The position numbers and the translations under genes are program-made. Below are positions 34,130-45,140 of a stretch of 64,000 nt of DNA, one piece after another. Under the pieces are notes generated by a model, which saw only the letters and a program-made list of their open reading frames with translations, ran no database searches and was not told where the DNA came from. Position 1 is the stretch's first letter. Each line of letters starts with the position of its first letter. The stretch comes from Blastocladiella emersonii ATCC 22665 (lineage: Eukaryota; Fungi; Blastocladiomycota): positions 1,178,001 through 1,242,000 of the forward strand of contig JANHCV010000010.1 in assembly GCA_025594325.1 (NCBI GenBank), read 5' to 3'.

Positions 34130-37100
34130 CGTCCGTCTCGATCCGCTAGCACGCCTGGCGTTCTCTCGCGCCGCCGCGAGCTGCACAACCTAGCTCGGCG
34201 CACGACGTCGGCGTTTCTCGCGCTTGTGACCCGATCCGCTCGGAAGGGTGATGCTCCCTCGCCGCGCCGCGAAAGCTTTTAGCGGGGCCGCTCTCTAACG
34301 AACGAATACTTGTAGACTTTGCTACCCTGTCTGGTCACGACAGCTCTCGTATCTCCCCCTGCCCGCTCCACGCCACCGACCGCGCTAATCCCTTCTACCT
34401 GCGCCGCAGATTCGCACGTTCCTTTGCCGCCGCGGCCCTTGATGGTCGGCTCATACTTCCTGCTTGTCTACGGCCTCGCTCACCTCTCCGCCCTTCCAAG
34501 CGATGCCTCGCCCGCGACGCTGCCGTCGGCTTCCTCTTCACCGCGGCATGTTCGAGCTGCACAAGGTCATCCATTTGTGCGGTAGTCCCGTTTCTGCCGT
34601 TCGATCGGGTCGCGGCACTTGAGCGCGTCGCCAACATTGCGGTCGAGGTCACTCGTCGACCGCGACACCATCTATATGCCGCTCTTCGCGCTCCGCGTAC
34701 TTGTTCCTCGCAGCGGCAGCGACTCTCGCGTCGAAACCACCTCGTCGACGACCAGTCAGCTCGTCCTCGTTTCCCCGCTGTCGCTCGCCGCCGTCGCCGT
34801 CGACGTGAACTACGACGTGGACGCAGTGTGCGTTCGATGGGCTTCGACGCTGCCTGGTTCAACCGGCACGTTCCTCGCACGGCGAATTCTTTTCTTCGCG
34901 CTCGTGACGGCGTCCGTCGTGCTCTCGCGTGGCAGCTTCCACCGCGTCCTTGCGCGGCAGCGTGCAGGAGGTTCGGTAGCGGCAGCACTCGTCTTGTTAG
35001 CGCACGGCGGCGTCCATCGCATGCTTCCGCAGCGTCTTCGCGCGGCTTTGAGTGAGTTTGGGCGCGGCAGCACCCATCTTGTCGCTGCTCGGTCCTGCAG
35101 TTCCGGCGCGAATGAGGACCGTGAGGACAGGTCGACGGTCTTTAGAGGCTACAGTGTTCAATATAGCTGCTCTGCGCGCGAAACAAGCGTGAAATGATAG
35201 TGATGTCGTGAACGAGTCCCGGGACTTGGGCGCGAGCGGCCCGCGAAACACTGATGAGCCGACCACCTTCTCGCTACTCACGACTCGACGGTGAGGGCTA
35301 CGACTCTGAAAACTTGCATGAGCATTGTGTGTCTATGGTTCTGCATTATCGTTGAGTCAGACTACGGAAAACATCCGTGGGGCGGCGGCACGGGCCGCTC
35401 GAGTGAGGTCGAGACGCGAGTCGCTGAACGCCGCCATCGATTTCTCGCTCGTCCCCGAGTCTCTAGCCCTCAACTCGGTGTTCAGTGAGAGCCACTGATG
35501 CTATATAACTGTATAGATGGTCGGCGGTGGTGCTCCGCCCTTGATGAGCTGAGAGCACGTTTGAGAAGCTACTCGCCCAGAGTTCTTGTCTGACAAGTTG
35601 TGCGCTTGCTCTGCCGCACGGCTACGTGTTTCTGATGGTCAAATGACACTTTGGGTGCGGCGCCAGTGCTCTGTGACCTCTCGCGCATCGTGCGCGGTCG
35701 ACTTGGGCTGCGAGCCGCCACCCGCGATTGCTCAGCGAGTTGACGTGATTCGTTGTACTTCTCGGGCATAAATAGAAGACTGAAGGTTGTAGGAACTCGT
35801 GAAAGAGGTTGGCGCGGGCGCCCAGAGTACGGTGCACCTCAGGTACGCACGCGAGCGGAGGCGAGTGTAAGTTCACGCGTAGCTCACTGGGAGGCTCGAG
35901 CCCTGGTCTCTCCGCTCCGTAACAAGGTTTCTATGACCATATCACACTTTGGGTGCAGCGGCAGCGCTCCGACGCGTCTTGCGCGTCGGCAGCAGCGAGG
36001 CGAGCCAGCGACGTGTACCTTGCACCACCTCCAGTACCCGCAGATTTCCTCACACGGAGCTCTTCTCTCGCATATAAGCTATTCAAACCTATAGTAGACG
36101 CTGTATGGGAAGCAGGAGGGCGTCTGGTGGGGGGTGTTGTCGTGGGTCAGACACGGTCCAGGAGCGAATACTTGGGCTGCGCTGACCAGCTCGTCCGACC
36201 ACCGACCCCACCCCGGCCCCGTTCCCCTTGGTCGATTGCTCCCAAACTTGGCACAGCGGCTATTGTGACCTATGGAAGCAACGTAATGCCGTCGATGAGG
36301 GTCCCCGACCTCATAAATGTTCGTGGCCGTGTCGGTGCACCTCGGTCAGCACTTGCTAGACGCTCAAGTGTCCGCCGACCACCATGGACTCATCTTTCCA
36401 AATCTCGGTCTGCTCTCTTGGAAATCTACGTTTGAGACCTGCCTGAACACAATGCCGCGCACAGTTTCCGGCCAAAGCCGCCACCGTGCTCGGATCATGG
36501 TGAAGTCAGGTCGAACGGACGTAACACGTCCCGGACCCTTCCTGCCGCTCCCGCATCCAGTTCTCCACCGATTTTGTCGACTCCGCCGCGCACAGTGGTG
36601 TAAGCGACCTGTCTGAATCGAATGGCGGTGGTCCCATGTCCATCGCTTGTCTGTAGCGGGCGGTAGGGGTGGAAAACCGACTTTCCCGTGTTAACGTCGC
36701 GTCCAGTTCTCGTCAGATCCTCATCGAGGATCACTCGGGCTTTCGAAAACGCTCGGCCGCGCTTCAAGCGGACATCTGTAGCACCCGCCAGAGCACGATA
36801 AGTGTAGCCGATTCGTTCGAGTTGACTCGTGCGCACGCTCTAGGCCACCTGGTAGCCATCCCTCGCGTATACAGCTTCTAAAAACCAATTTAACTCATTA
36901 CATCACGCGGAGAGATTATTCAGAGCCACGACGGGGTACTTCGCGATGTTGTCCCTTGAGCCCGCTGACGCGTCCAGAGCGCAAGAGCCACAGTTACACA
37001 ACCAACAGCTTACTAATGGTCTTCTGTACACATTTAAATTACGAACACTAACTGTCGGTACATTTGCATCGCGTCTGTTCATTTCGCACAGGTGCAAGAG

Positions 37101-39849
37101 GGTGTGGCGCTCAGCCACTTCGAACCAACCAAGCACGAAGCGCCACGGCCCACCTCGCTCGACTCGCGCTCCCTTGATGCTCAACCGCCGGCTTGCCATG
37201 TATTACGACGAGTCGATGAAACTATTCAGTGTCGGGCCCAGGCTATCGATCCCGACGGCGCTTTGTGCGCTCAGTGTCCCTGCGGTCCCGGCAACGCTGG
37301 CGCTGTGTGGGCGGCACGACCATCGCCCGACCCCGCTCGGATCGTGGCGTGCGATCCCATCTCAACGGGGCCGTCCGACCCGATGGACAGCTCGAGCGTA
37401 GACACGATGTGTCCACGTTGCTATTTTATGGCGTCCCCGGCGGTTCACGGATCAAGCTCGGCCACTGGCGTAAAGGCGCGCGTCGTGCATACCCTTGACC
37501 TCGAGCAGTTCGCCAAGACCGTCGAGACGGTCCGCTCCAAGCGGGGCTGCTTGTCGTCCGAGACCAACGGCTCGGCCAACGCTTCCAGTGAGGTCAGCAT
37601 CGTGTCGGTGAGGTGGTCGTCGGCCATCAACGCGCAGGCGCAGACTTGGCGCAGGATCACAAGACCCGCTTCCCGACATGGTGGCGGCACGCTCCGAGGC
37701 AAGTATCGGCGTGGTCAACTTTGACGAGGGACGAGGGCACGAGCCCGTTGTTGAGGTCCTCCGCGGGTGCGGGTACTCGACGACCAAAACTGCGTCGGTC
37801 ACGAGCAGAAGCACTTCACCGCACCACGTCCAGCAGTTGTTGAGGCGTTGCTACTTTATTCAATGGTGTCGCTCCGCTCGTTCACGGAGAGAACAGCGAT
37901 CATAGACGAGCTCAATACAAAGGTTCTCGACTCGTGATCGTCCTCAAAGTTGCGTTGAAGTCGGTTCAGCGACTTGAAGCGGAAGAGTTACCCGCGGAAC
38001 ACACGACTTGTCGTCGGCCTTCGCGCCGAAGGACGGAAGCTGTGTTCATCGTCTAGCCCACGACGAGCAGGACTTGCTACCTCGCAGCGAACAGCTATAC
38101 TCTCTGCCTCCCACAAACGGTTTATGAGTCGGCCGTGGGCGGCATGGACGGCGGAGATTGCGAGCGCGCTCCAAGTCCTGGTCGCGATCATGGCCATGGT
38201 CGTTTCCAGCCCAGCCAACCTCACGGGCGGGTTCGCACCACGACGGACACGAACAAGAGGTGCTGTGCAAGCAACCAGCGCGCGAGCTCCGGCGGCGAGC
38301 GGCAAGTACAGCCCTCAGACACGCTGCGGAAGTCAAAGCTCGCTGTCGCACAACGAAGAGATCGAAAGAGCAGCCGTGCGACATACTGACCCCCGTCGGC
38401 CAAGTTTGTAGCCAGCCGGCTATTCAGCGGGCGATGTGAGCGAGCACCCGCCGTTGTCACGGCGCAGCGGGCGGCGGCCGAGCGGTGGCGAGACGGGCGG
38501 CGTCGGCGGCGGCACACGACGGGCGTCGACCTCAACGCGCCAAGCGCGACGTTGGACGAGCCAGCCAGCGTGCGAGGGGCACGGTCAGCGGGCAGCGAGC
38601 GTTGCGGCGGGGGCGTTCGGCCGTCTGGGCGCTCAACGCTCAGCGGGCGGGACGAGGGACTGCAGCAGCGGACGATGCATCGAGTAGCGAGTATTTATTT
38701 TCCACGGGTGTGAGTGCTAGCGTTCCTTCGCAGCAGCGCCGCCGTGGTCGTCGTGGTCGCCAAGGACCGCCGTGCGCGCGGCGAAGGGGTGAAAGGCTGG
38801 CGGAGCAGCTGTTGATTTGCGTGACAGGCAGCGCCGCAAGCCAGCGTCCAGGAAACACACGGCAGGTCGTAAATACAGGGTCAGCTGGTGTGGCGGCTAG
38901 TGAGTGTAGACCTACGAAACGTCCAGGATACACGTGTTTCTGTGCCGTCACAGGATCGGACGAACAGCCTCGGCTGGCTCGGGCGACAAGCGCGTTGAGC
39001 CGCTTTTCTCCCTCTGCTTCCCTCTACGCCCTGCCACTCGATGTTGGCGAATGAATAGCTTATTGCATTGATATTGTTGGACACCCTCGCAACTCTGTGG
39101 ATCATCAACACAAACCTATGCTGCCACCGGAGCTTCTTGACCAGATTCTCGTTGCGGCCATCCAGCTTCACAACCGCGACGAGGCGGGCTTCGATCTCGC
39201 CTCAGTTTTGCCATACTTGCGGGTCGCTCCCCGCGCTCACCTCCCCAGCGTCCACAGCGCTGTGCGGCAGCGAGTTTTGGCCTTCTCAGTTCACAATGCC
39301 AGCGCAAACAGGAAATCGGATCTCCTTCGCTACCGAGTAGCTCACGGTCTTGCCATCGAGTGCACTGAGGCTGCTCTGGATCTCGCTGTTCAACATCGTT
39401 GCTACGAAGTCTTGGAGTTTTGGCGTGACTCTGGATTGCCGCTTACATACAGCGAGCTTCCAATGTGGGCTGCTGTGCTACTGGGCGTCCCGCAAACCAT
39501 TCAAGACGACTGGGAAGTAGCAGCCAATGACGCAGAGCGTGACGGCAACTTGGACGAGGCCCGCCAGTTTCGCGAGTATGCTCGCGCTGGGGCAGTAACA
39601 GGCGCCAAGGTCGCGGCTGGCGACGCAAAGCTTTTGAATATTCTCAAGCGCTCAGGGAAACCTATTTGGATCGCAAACCGACGTATCTCCTCCAAGGCCA
39701 TCACCGAGTTTAACAACGATCCTGCTTCCTCGAGTGTCCGTTCTATCAATTTCCTCAAAGTCGATCTCAACTTCACCCGGCTCAGTGCGCTCAAGCTCCC
39801 GTCATCGCTCGGTTCACTTCATCTGCAGGGCAACCGTATTGCCTACAAC

Positions 39850-40023
39850 TGTCACGGTTCAGTGATCCGACGGCTCGGGCTGGTGGCGCGGGCTGGTGGC
39901 GCAGTCCCTCATAAGCCGAGCGTTGCCCTCGCTCTCCCTCTCTCTTGTCATTCGTGATACAATCCTTCATTATCCGGCTAGTCATTCCTCGTGGCACAAG
40001 ACCCTCCCCCTCGGCACCTTACA
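39850..40023 (+). repeat. 5' LTR (174 bp)
   Basis: TGTCACGG...CCTTACA, identical to 44967-45140. Confidence 0.97.
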
Positions 40024-40025
40024 CT

Positions 40026-40034
40026 TTGTATCAC
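40026..40034 (+). promoter_or_regulatory. Self-priming-type primer binding site (TTGTATCAC)
   Basis: Starts 2 nt after the 5' LTR and is the exact reverse complement of GTGATACAA inside the LTR (39954-39962). It is not the canonical tRNA-iMet PBS (TGGTATCAGAGC). Confidence 0.7.
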
Positions 40035-40077
40035 CGTAAAACCCCCTCCGAGCGGTGATTTCTTCCACGACGGCAAA

Positions 40078-41154
40078 ATGATAACGCCGGCACAGTTCCT
40101 CGAAAAGCTGGCGACGTTTGACGTTGCGGCCATTGTCCCCGAGTACCAGCTCGCGCCGTGGCGCGACCTGGTCATGCCGTACGAGGACAAAGCCAAGCTC
40201 GTCTTCCTCGCGCTCAACGTCGCCAGCGACTACTGGCAACTGGGCGTGTCGACCGAGGCCCGCGCGGTCGCGGCCGAGCGGCGCGCCGAGACGGCGGAGC
40301 GCCGCGCGTATGCGCTCGAGGTCGAGCTGCGGCAGACGCAGCAGAGCCAGCCGCTCAACGGTATCCTGCAGGGCGAGCTCGACAGCATCCAGGTCAGCAG
40401 CGCGCGCGGGCCGGGCGTGGGCGTTGATGGCTTCACGCCGGCCGCGATGCACGCGCTGATGCGCATGAATTCGGTTGACGGCGTCAACTTCAAGGTCAAG
40501 AGCGCCATCACGCAGTACGAGAGCATCCTCCAGCTCACGTTCAACGTCCCGGAGAAGTTCAAGATTGCGCACTTCCACGGCAAGCTGACAGGCAAGGTGC
40601 TCGAGGCCGTGGAGCTGGCGATGGCCGGGTCCAAGTTTGAGGACTACGGCTCGTTCAACGCCTACATCTCCCTCGTCAAGTCAACGCAGCCGGCCGAGAA
40701 GTCGGAGACCGAGTACGCGCACGAGCTCAAGAACCTCAAGTACGTGCGCGGCGCCATGCCGGCGCGCGATTTCGTCTCCAAGTTCCGCCAGACCGCGTCC
40801 GGTGCAGGCTACCGCGCGCTCAGCGAGCTGGCGATGCAGTTCTACCTGGTGGTCACGGCCGGCAACTCGCCGCTGGCCGCGGACGTGGCCTTCGCCTCGC
40901 TGCGCAAGGGCTACCGTTTCGACAAGATGGTCGAGCACTTCCTGGTGCACGAGGGCGGGGCGACGGGCGTCGCGGCCGAGCTCGTCCCGGACCCGGACGC
41001 CATGGACGTTGGCGCGATTCGGCAGCGGGCGGCGGCGCACCAGGGCCGCGCCCTCACCGACATCAAGTGCTACAACTGCAAGGGCTACGGCCACAAGGCG
41101 GCTGATTGCCCGTCGCCCCCGCGCTCGTCGTCGGGAAACGCCAGTCGGGCGTAG
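40078..41154 (+). CDS. gag: Gag with zinc knuckle
   Basis: CYNCKGYGHKAADC (CX2CX4HX4C) and PDAMDVG motifs. First ATG at 40078; the frame is open from 39991. Confidence 0.92.
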   Translation: MITPAQFLEKLATFDVAAIVPEYQLAPWRDLVMPYEDKAKLVFLALNVASDYWQLGVSTEARAVAAERRAETAERRAYALEVELRQTQQSQPLNGILQGELDSIQVSSARGPGVGVDGFTPAAMHALMRMNSVDGVNFKVKSAITQYESILQLTFNVPEKFKIAHFHGKLTGKVLEAVELAMAGSKFEDYGSFNAYISLVKSTQPAEKSETEYAHELKNLKYVRGAMPARDFVSKFRQTASGAGYRALSELAMQFYLVVTAGNSPLAADVAFASLRKGYRFDKMVEHFLVHEGGATGVAAELVPDPDAMDVGAIRQRAAAHQGRALTDIKCYNCKGYGHKAADCPSPPRSSSGNASRA

Positions 41155-44100
41155 CGGAGCAGGCCGCGACGTCCTCGAAGCCAAAACCTGCGGATTTGGG
41201 TGGTACAACGGCGATGGCCACGGCGGCCGCCGCCGCGGATAAGATGTCGGTGCCCGCCGACAAGAAGAAAAAAATGAACAAAAAGAAGAAACAAAACATG
41301 AATGATAAGAAGACTAATGGAAAATCTGTTGCTGCGTACTTTGGTGCACTTGTGCGTCTAGAGATGGCGCAGGACCACCTGCACCTCGGCGGGCTCCTCG
41401 CGCATCCAGGGCTCCGCACGGCGCCGATCCCGACGTTCATGATGCTCGACACGGGCGCGCCGGTTAACCTGATCAGCCGCAGGGTGGCCGAGCAGGCCGG
41501 GCTCGTGCCGAAGCGCCTAGCGCGTCGCATCGACCTCCGCGGTGTCGTCGGTTCCGCGCCGGGCCAGCGCCAGTACATCTCGCATTACGTGCACGCGGCC
41601 GTGTCCGTCACGTCGCCCGAGTTCCTGCACGCGGCGGTCGCGGGATCCCAAACCGTGTTCGCGGACGGCGTCGTGCCTCCCGGCGACGCGTCCAAGCAGA
41701 AGCGCGTGGTGGGAGACGCGGGTCGCGCCATCGACATTCCGTGCCTTCATTGCTCGGTCGCGCGCTTCCTCGTCGTCGACTCTCCCGCGTTTCCGGTGAT
41801 CATGGGACTCGAATGGATGGTCGCGAACGGCGCGAAGCCGGATCCGCGCTCGGCCACGGTCGCGATTGACGGCGCGTGCACTGGTCGCTGCGGGTGCCCG
41901 CCCGCCCAGCGCGTCACGGTGGCCACGGTCGCACCGCGCGTCGACCTCGACCCGCTCGCGTGGGACGAGGCACACGGCCCGCCCGAGGCGCCAGATGACG
42001 CGGCGCCGAAGCGCGTGCTGCCCGCCAAGTACCTCAAGTGGGCGCACGTCTTCGATGCCGCCGCGGCGTCCGCGCTCCCGCCGCACCGACCGTACGACTG
42101 CGAGATCGAGCTCGTCGAGGGCGCCAAGGTGCCGTTCCTGCCCGTCTACGCCCTGTCGCAGCCCGAACTCGAGGAGCTGCGCAAGACCATCGACGAGAAC
42201 CTCGCGCGCGGCTTCATCCGCCCATCGCGGTCGCCAGCCGGCGCGCCGATCATGTTCGTGCCCAAGAAGGACGGGTCGCGCCGCATGTGTGTGGACTACC
42301 GCCGCCTCAACGCGCTGACGGTCAAGAACCGCTACGCGCTGCCGCTCATCGCGGAGCTCATGAACCAAGTGCAGGGCGCGCGCATCTTCACCAAGTTCGA
42401 CCTGCGCGGCGCGTACAACCTGGTCCGCATCCGCGAGGGCGACGAGTGGAAGACGGCGTTCCGCACGCGCTACGGACATTATGAATGGATGGTGATGCCG
42501 TTCGGGCTGACCAACGCGCCGGCCGCGTTCCAGGCGTTTGTCAACGACGTGTTCCGCGACCTGCTCGACCGCCGCGGCGTTCTCGTGTACCTGGACGACA
42601 TCCTCATCTTCAGCGAGGACCCCGAAGAGCACACGGCGCTCGTCAAGGAGGTGCTGCAGCGGCTCGCCGACAACAAGCTGTACGTCAAGCTCGAGAAGTG
42701 CGAATTCGACGTGACGCGCGTCGAGTACCTCGGCCACATCCTGACCACCGAGGGCGTCGAGATGGACCCGGCCAAGGTCCGCGCCGTGACCGAGTGGCCC
42801 GCGCCACGGACGGTCAAGGAGGTGCAGGCGTTCCTGGGCCTCGCCAACTACTACCGCCGCTTCATCCCCGAGTTCTCGGAACTGACCATCCCGCTCACCC
42901 GTCTTACGCAGAAGGACACGCCGTGGCGGTGGGGCGACACCGAGGCGGCGGCCTTTGCGGCCATCAAGACGCGGTTCGCGTCCGACCAGTTCCTCGCGCA
43001 CCCCGACCCCTCAAAACAGTTCATTGTCGAGGCCGACGCGTCCAACTTCGCCATTGGGTGCGTCCTGTCGCAGGTCGACAACGAGGGCACGCTGCGGCCG
43101 GTCGCGTTCCACTCGCGCGCGCTCAAGGCGGCGGAGCTGAATTATCCCATCTTGGATAAGGAGCTGCTCGCCATCAAGGTCGCGTTCGAGATCTGGCGCC
43201 ACCACCTCGAGGGCGCGCAGCACCCGGTCGAGGTGTACACGGACCACAAGAACCTCGAGCACTTTCGCACCATGACGGTCGAGTCGCAGCGGCACGCGCG
43301 GTGGGCACTGTTCCTCGAGCGGTTTTCGTTCCGGTTCACGTACCGGCCCGGCGCAATCAACGGGCGCGCCGACGCGCTGTCGCGCCGCGCCGACTACGAG
43401 CTGTTTGACAACCCGATGCTCGGCCGCGCTGTCGTTCCCGCGTCGGCGCTCACGGTGGCCGCCACGGCCGCGGCCAGCGCGCCGCTCGTCGCGGGCACGC
43501 AGGGCGACGACGTGCTCGCCGCGATTCGGGACGGCCTGGCGGAGGACGAGCTCGCGCAGTCGATGCAGCGGAACCCGGGCAAGCACCCGTCGCTCACCAT
43601 GGACCTCGACGGCTTCGTTTGGCGAGACGACCGGCTGTACGTACCGTCAGGCGTCGCGCGCACCCGGGTGATCGAGGAGGCGCACGCGACGCGTGTAGCC
43701 GGTCATTTCGGCGTCCAGCGCACCATCGAGAAGGTGTCGCGCTCGTACTGGTGGCCCGGGATGCGCAAGGTGATCGAGCGGTTCGTCAAGTCGTGCCTCA
43801 CCTGCGCGCGGGCCAAGGTGCCGCGCCACCGGCCTGACGGCGAGCTGCAGCCGCTGCCCACGCCGCCGCGGCCATGGTCGTCGATCTCCATGGACTTCAT
43901 CACGGACCTGCCGCGCAGCAAGGGTCACACCTGCATCATGGTCGTCGTCGATCGGTTCTCCAAGATGACGCACTTCATCCCGCTCGCCGCGCTCCCGACG
44001 GCCGCCACAACCGCCGACGCCTTCATCGAGCACGTGGTGCGGCCGCACGGGCTGCCCGACGACATCGTCTCGGACCGCGGGTCGCAGTTCACGTCGCGGT

Positions 44101-44966
44101 TCTGGTCGGCCATGTGCGAGTCGCTTGAGATCAAGGCCAAGCTCTCGACGGCGTACCACCCGCAGACCGACGGGCAGACCGAGCGCATGAACCAGACCCT
44201 CGAGGTGTACCTGCGCATGTTCGCCAACGAGGACCAGTCGAACTGGGCCGAGCTGCTGCGGTACGCCGAGATGGCCATCAACAACACGGTCAACGAGTCA
44301 ACGGGCATGTCGCCGTTCAAGGCCAACTACGCGTTTGACCCGCGGCTCTCGGCCGCGCCAGTTCGGTCGGATCGGGTCCCGTCAGCCGCCGCGCTGGCCG
44401 AGCGCATTGCCGACGTCCAGGGCAAGCTGCGCGAGAAGGTCGAGCGCGCCAAGGAGCTGTACAAGAAGCACGCTGACCGCCGCCGCCGCGAGGGCCCCGA
44501 CTACAAGGTCGGCGACATGGTGCTGCTGAGCACCAAGAACCTGCGCGTCAACGTGCCCAAGGCCAAGCTCGGGCCCAAGTACACGGAGCCGCTCAAGATC
44601 GTGCGCCTCATCCGGAAATCGGCCGTCGAGCTCGAGCTGCCGCCAACCATGGCGCGCGTCCATCCCGTGTTCCACGTCTCGCTCATCAAGCCGATCGACG
44701 AGCACGACGAGGAGGCGTTCCCGGGCCGCGCGCTGCCGCCGCCAACGCCGTACGCCGTCAACGGGCACGAGGAGTGGACGGTCGAGGCGATCCGCGACGC
44801 GCGCAAGGTCGGCCGCAGCGTCGAGTACCTGCTCAAGTGGCACGGCTGCCCCGAGGACGACAACACCTGGGAGCCGTACGCGAACCTCAAGCACCTCGAG
44901 CTGCTCGCCGAGTTCCACGCGCAGAACCCGTCAAAACCCGACCCGCGGAGGGGGAAGGGGAGATAG
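41106..44966 (+). CDS. pol: Pol polyprotein (protease, RT, RNase H, integrase, chromodomain), -1 frame relative to gag
   Basis: LDTGA; YLDDILIFS; EADASNFAIG..ELLAI..YTDHKNL; HX6H..CX2C and SMDFITDLP..SDRG..QTERMN; EWTVEAIRDAR..EYLLKWHG..DNTWEP. No stops in 1286 codons. Confidence 0.97.
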   Translation: MPVAPALVVGKRQSGVAEQAATSSKPKPADLGGTTAMATAAAAADKMSVPADKKKKMNKKKKQNMNDKKTNGKSVAAYFGALVRLEMAQDHLHLGGLLAHPGLRTAPIPTFMMLDTGAPVNLISRRVAEQAGLVPKRLARRIDLRGVVGSAPGQRQYISHYVHAAVSVTSPEFLHAAVAGSQTVFADGVVPPGDASKQKRVVGDAGRAIDIPCLHCSVARFLVVDSPAFPVIMGLEWMVANGAKPDPRSATVAIDGACTGRCGCPPAQRVTVATVAPRVDLDPLAWDEAHGPPEAPDDAAPKRVLPAKYLKWAHVFDAAAASALPPHRPYDCEIELVEGAKVPFLPVYALSQPELEELRKTIDENLARGFIRPSRSPAGAPIMFVPKKDGSRRMCVDYRRLNALTVKNRYALPLIAELMNQVQGARIFTKFDLRGAYNLVRIREGDEWKTAFRTRYGHYEWMVMPFGLTNAPAAFQAFVNDVFRDLLDRRGVLVYLDDILIFSEDPEEHTALVKEVLQRLADNKLYVKLEKCEFDVTRVEYLGHILTTEGVEMDPAKVRAVTEWPAPRTVKEVQAFLGLANYYRRFIPEFSELTIPLTRLTQKDTPWRWGDTEAAAFAAIKTRFASDQFLAHPDPSKQFIVEADASNFAIGCVLSQVDNEGTLRPVAFHSRALKAAELNYPILDKELLAIKVAFEIWRHHLEGAQHPVEVYTDHKNLEHFRTMTVESQRHARWALFLERFSFRFTYRPGAINGRADALSRRADYELFDNPMLGRAVVPASALTVAATAAASAPLVAGTQGDDVLAAIRDGLAEDELAQSMQRNPGKHPSLTMDLDGFVWRDDRLYVPSGVARTRVIEEAHATRVAGHFGVQRTIEKVSRSYWWPGMRKVIERFVKSCLTCARAKVPRHRPDGELQPLPTPPRPWSSISMDFITDLPRSKGHTCIMVVVDRFSKMTHFIPLAALPTAATTADAFIEHVVRPHGLPDDIVSDRGSQFTSRFWSAMCESLEIKAKLSTAYHPQTDGQTERMNQTLEVYLRMFANEDQSNWAELLRYAEMAINNTVNESTGMSPFKANYAFDPRLSAAPVRSDRVPSAAALAERIADVQGKLREKVERAKELYKKHADRRRREGPDYKVGDMVLLSTKNLRVNVPKAKLGPKYTEPLKIVRLIRKSAVELELPPTMARVHPVFHVSLIKPIDEHDEEAFPGRALPPPTPYAVNGHEEWTVEAIRDARKVGRSVEYLLKWHGCPEDDNTWEPYANLKHLELLAEFHAQNPSKPDPRRGKGR
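41133..41139 (+). promoter_or_regulatory. -1 ribosomal frameshift slippery heptamer G GGA AAC
   Basis: X XXY YYZ pattern in the gag frame, inside the gag/pol overlap (41106-41154). A possible stem CGTAGCGG/CCGCGACG follows about 10 nt downstream. Confidence 0.75.
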
Positions 44967-45140
44967 TGTCACGGTTCAGTGATCCGACGGCTCGGGCTGG
45001 TGGCGCGGGCTGGTGGCGCAGTCCCTCATAAGCCGAGCGTTGCCCTCGCTCTCCCTCTCTCTTGTCATTCGTGATACAATCCTTCATTATCCGGCTAGTC
45101 ATTCCTCGTGGCACAAGACCCTCCCCCTCGGCACCTTACA
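44967..45140 (+). repeat. 3' LTR (174 bp)
   Basis: Identical to the 5' LTR; preceded by PPT GGAGGGGGAAGGGGAGATAG. Confidence 0.97.

Larger units (their letters stand above)
39850..45140 (+). mobile_element. Full-length Ty3/Gypsy chromovirus LTR retrotransposon (5291 bp)
   Basis: Identical 174-bp TG...CA LTRs. TSD ACAAC at 39845-39849 and 45141-45145. PPT at 44947-44966. Gag with CCHC knuckle and pol in PR-RT-RH-IN-chromodomain order. Confidence 0.98.

Noticed and set aside
33663-38958. Mutator-like element with about 470-bp TIRs
   Set aside because: No 8-11-bp TSD and no transposase were found. Retained only as a hypothesis for the origin of the duplication.
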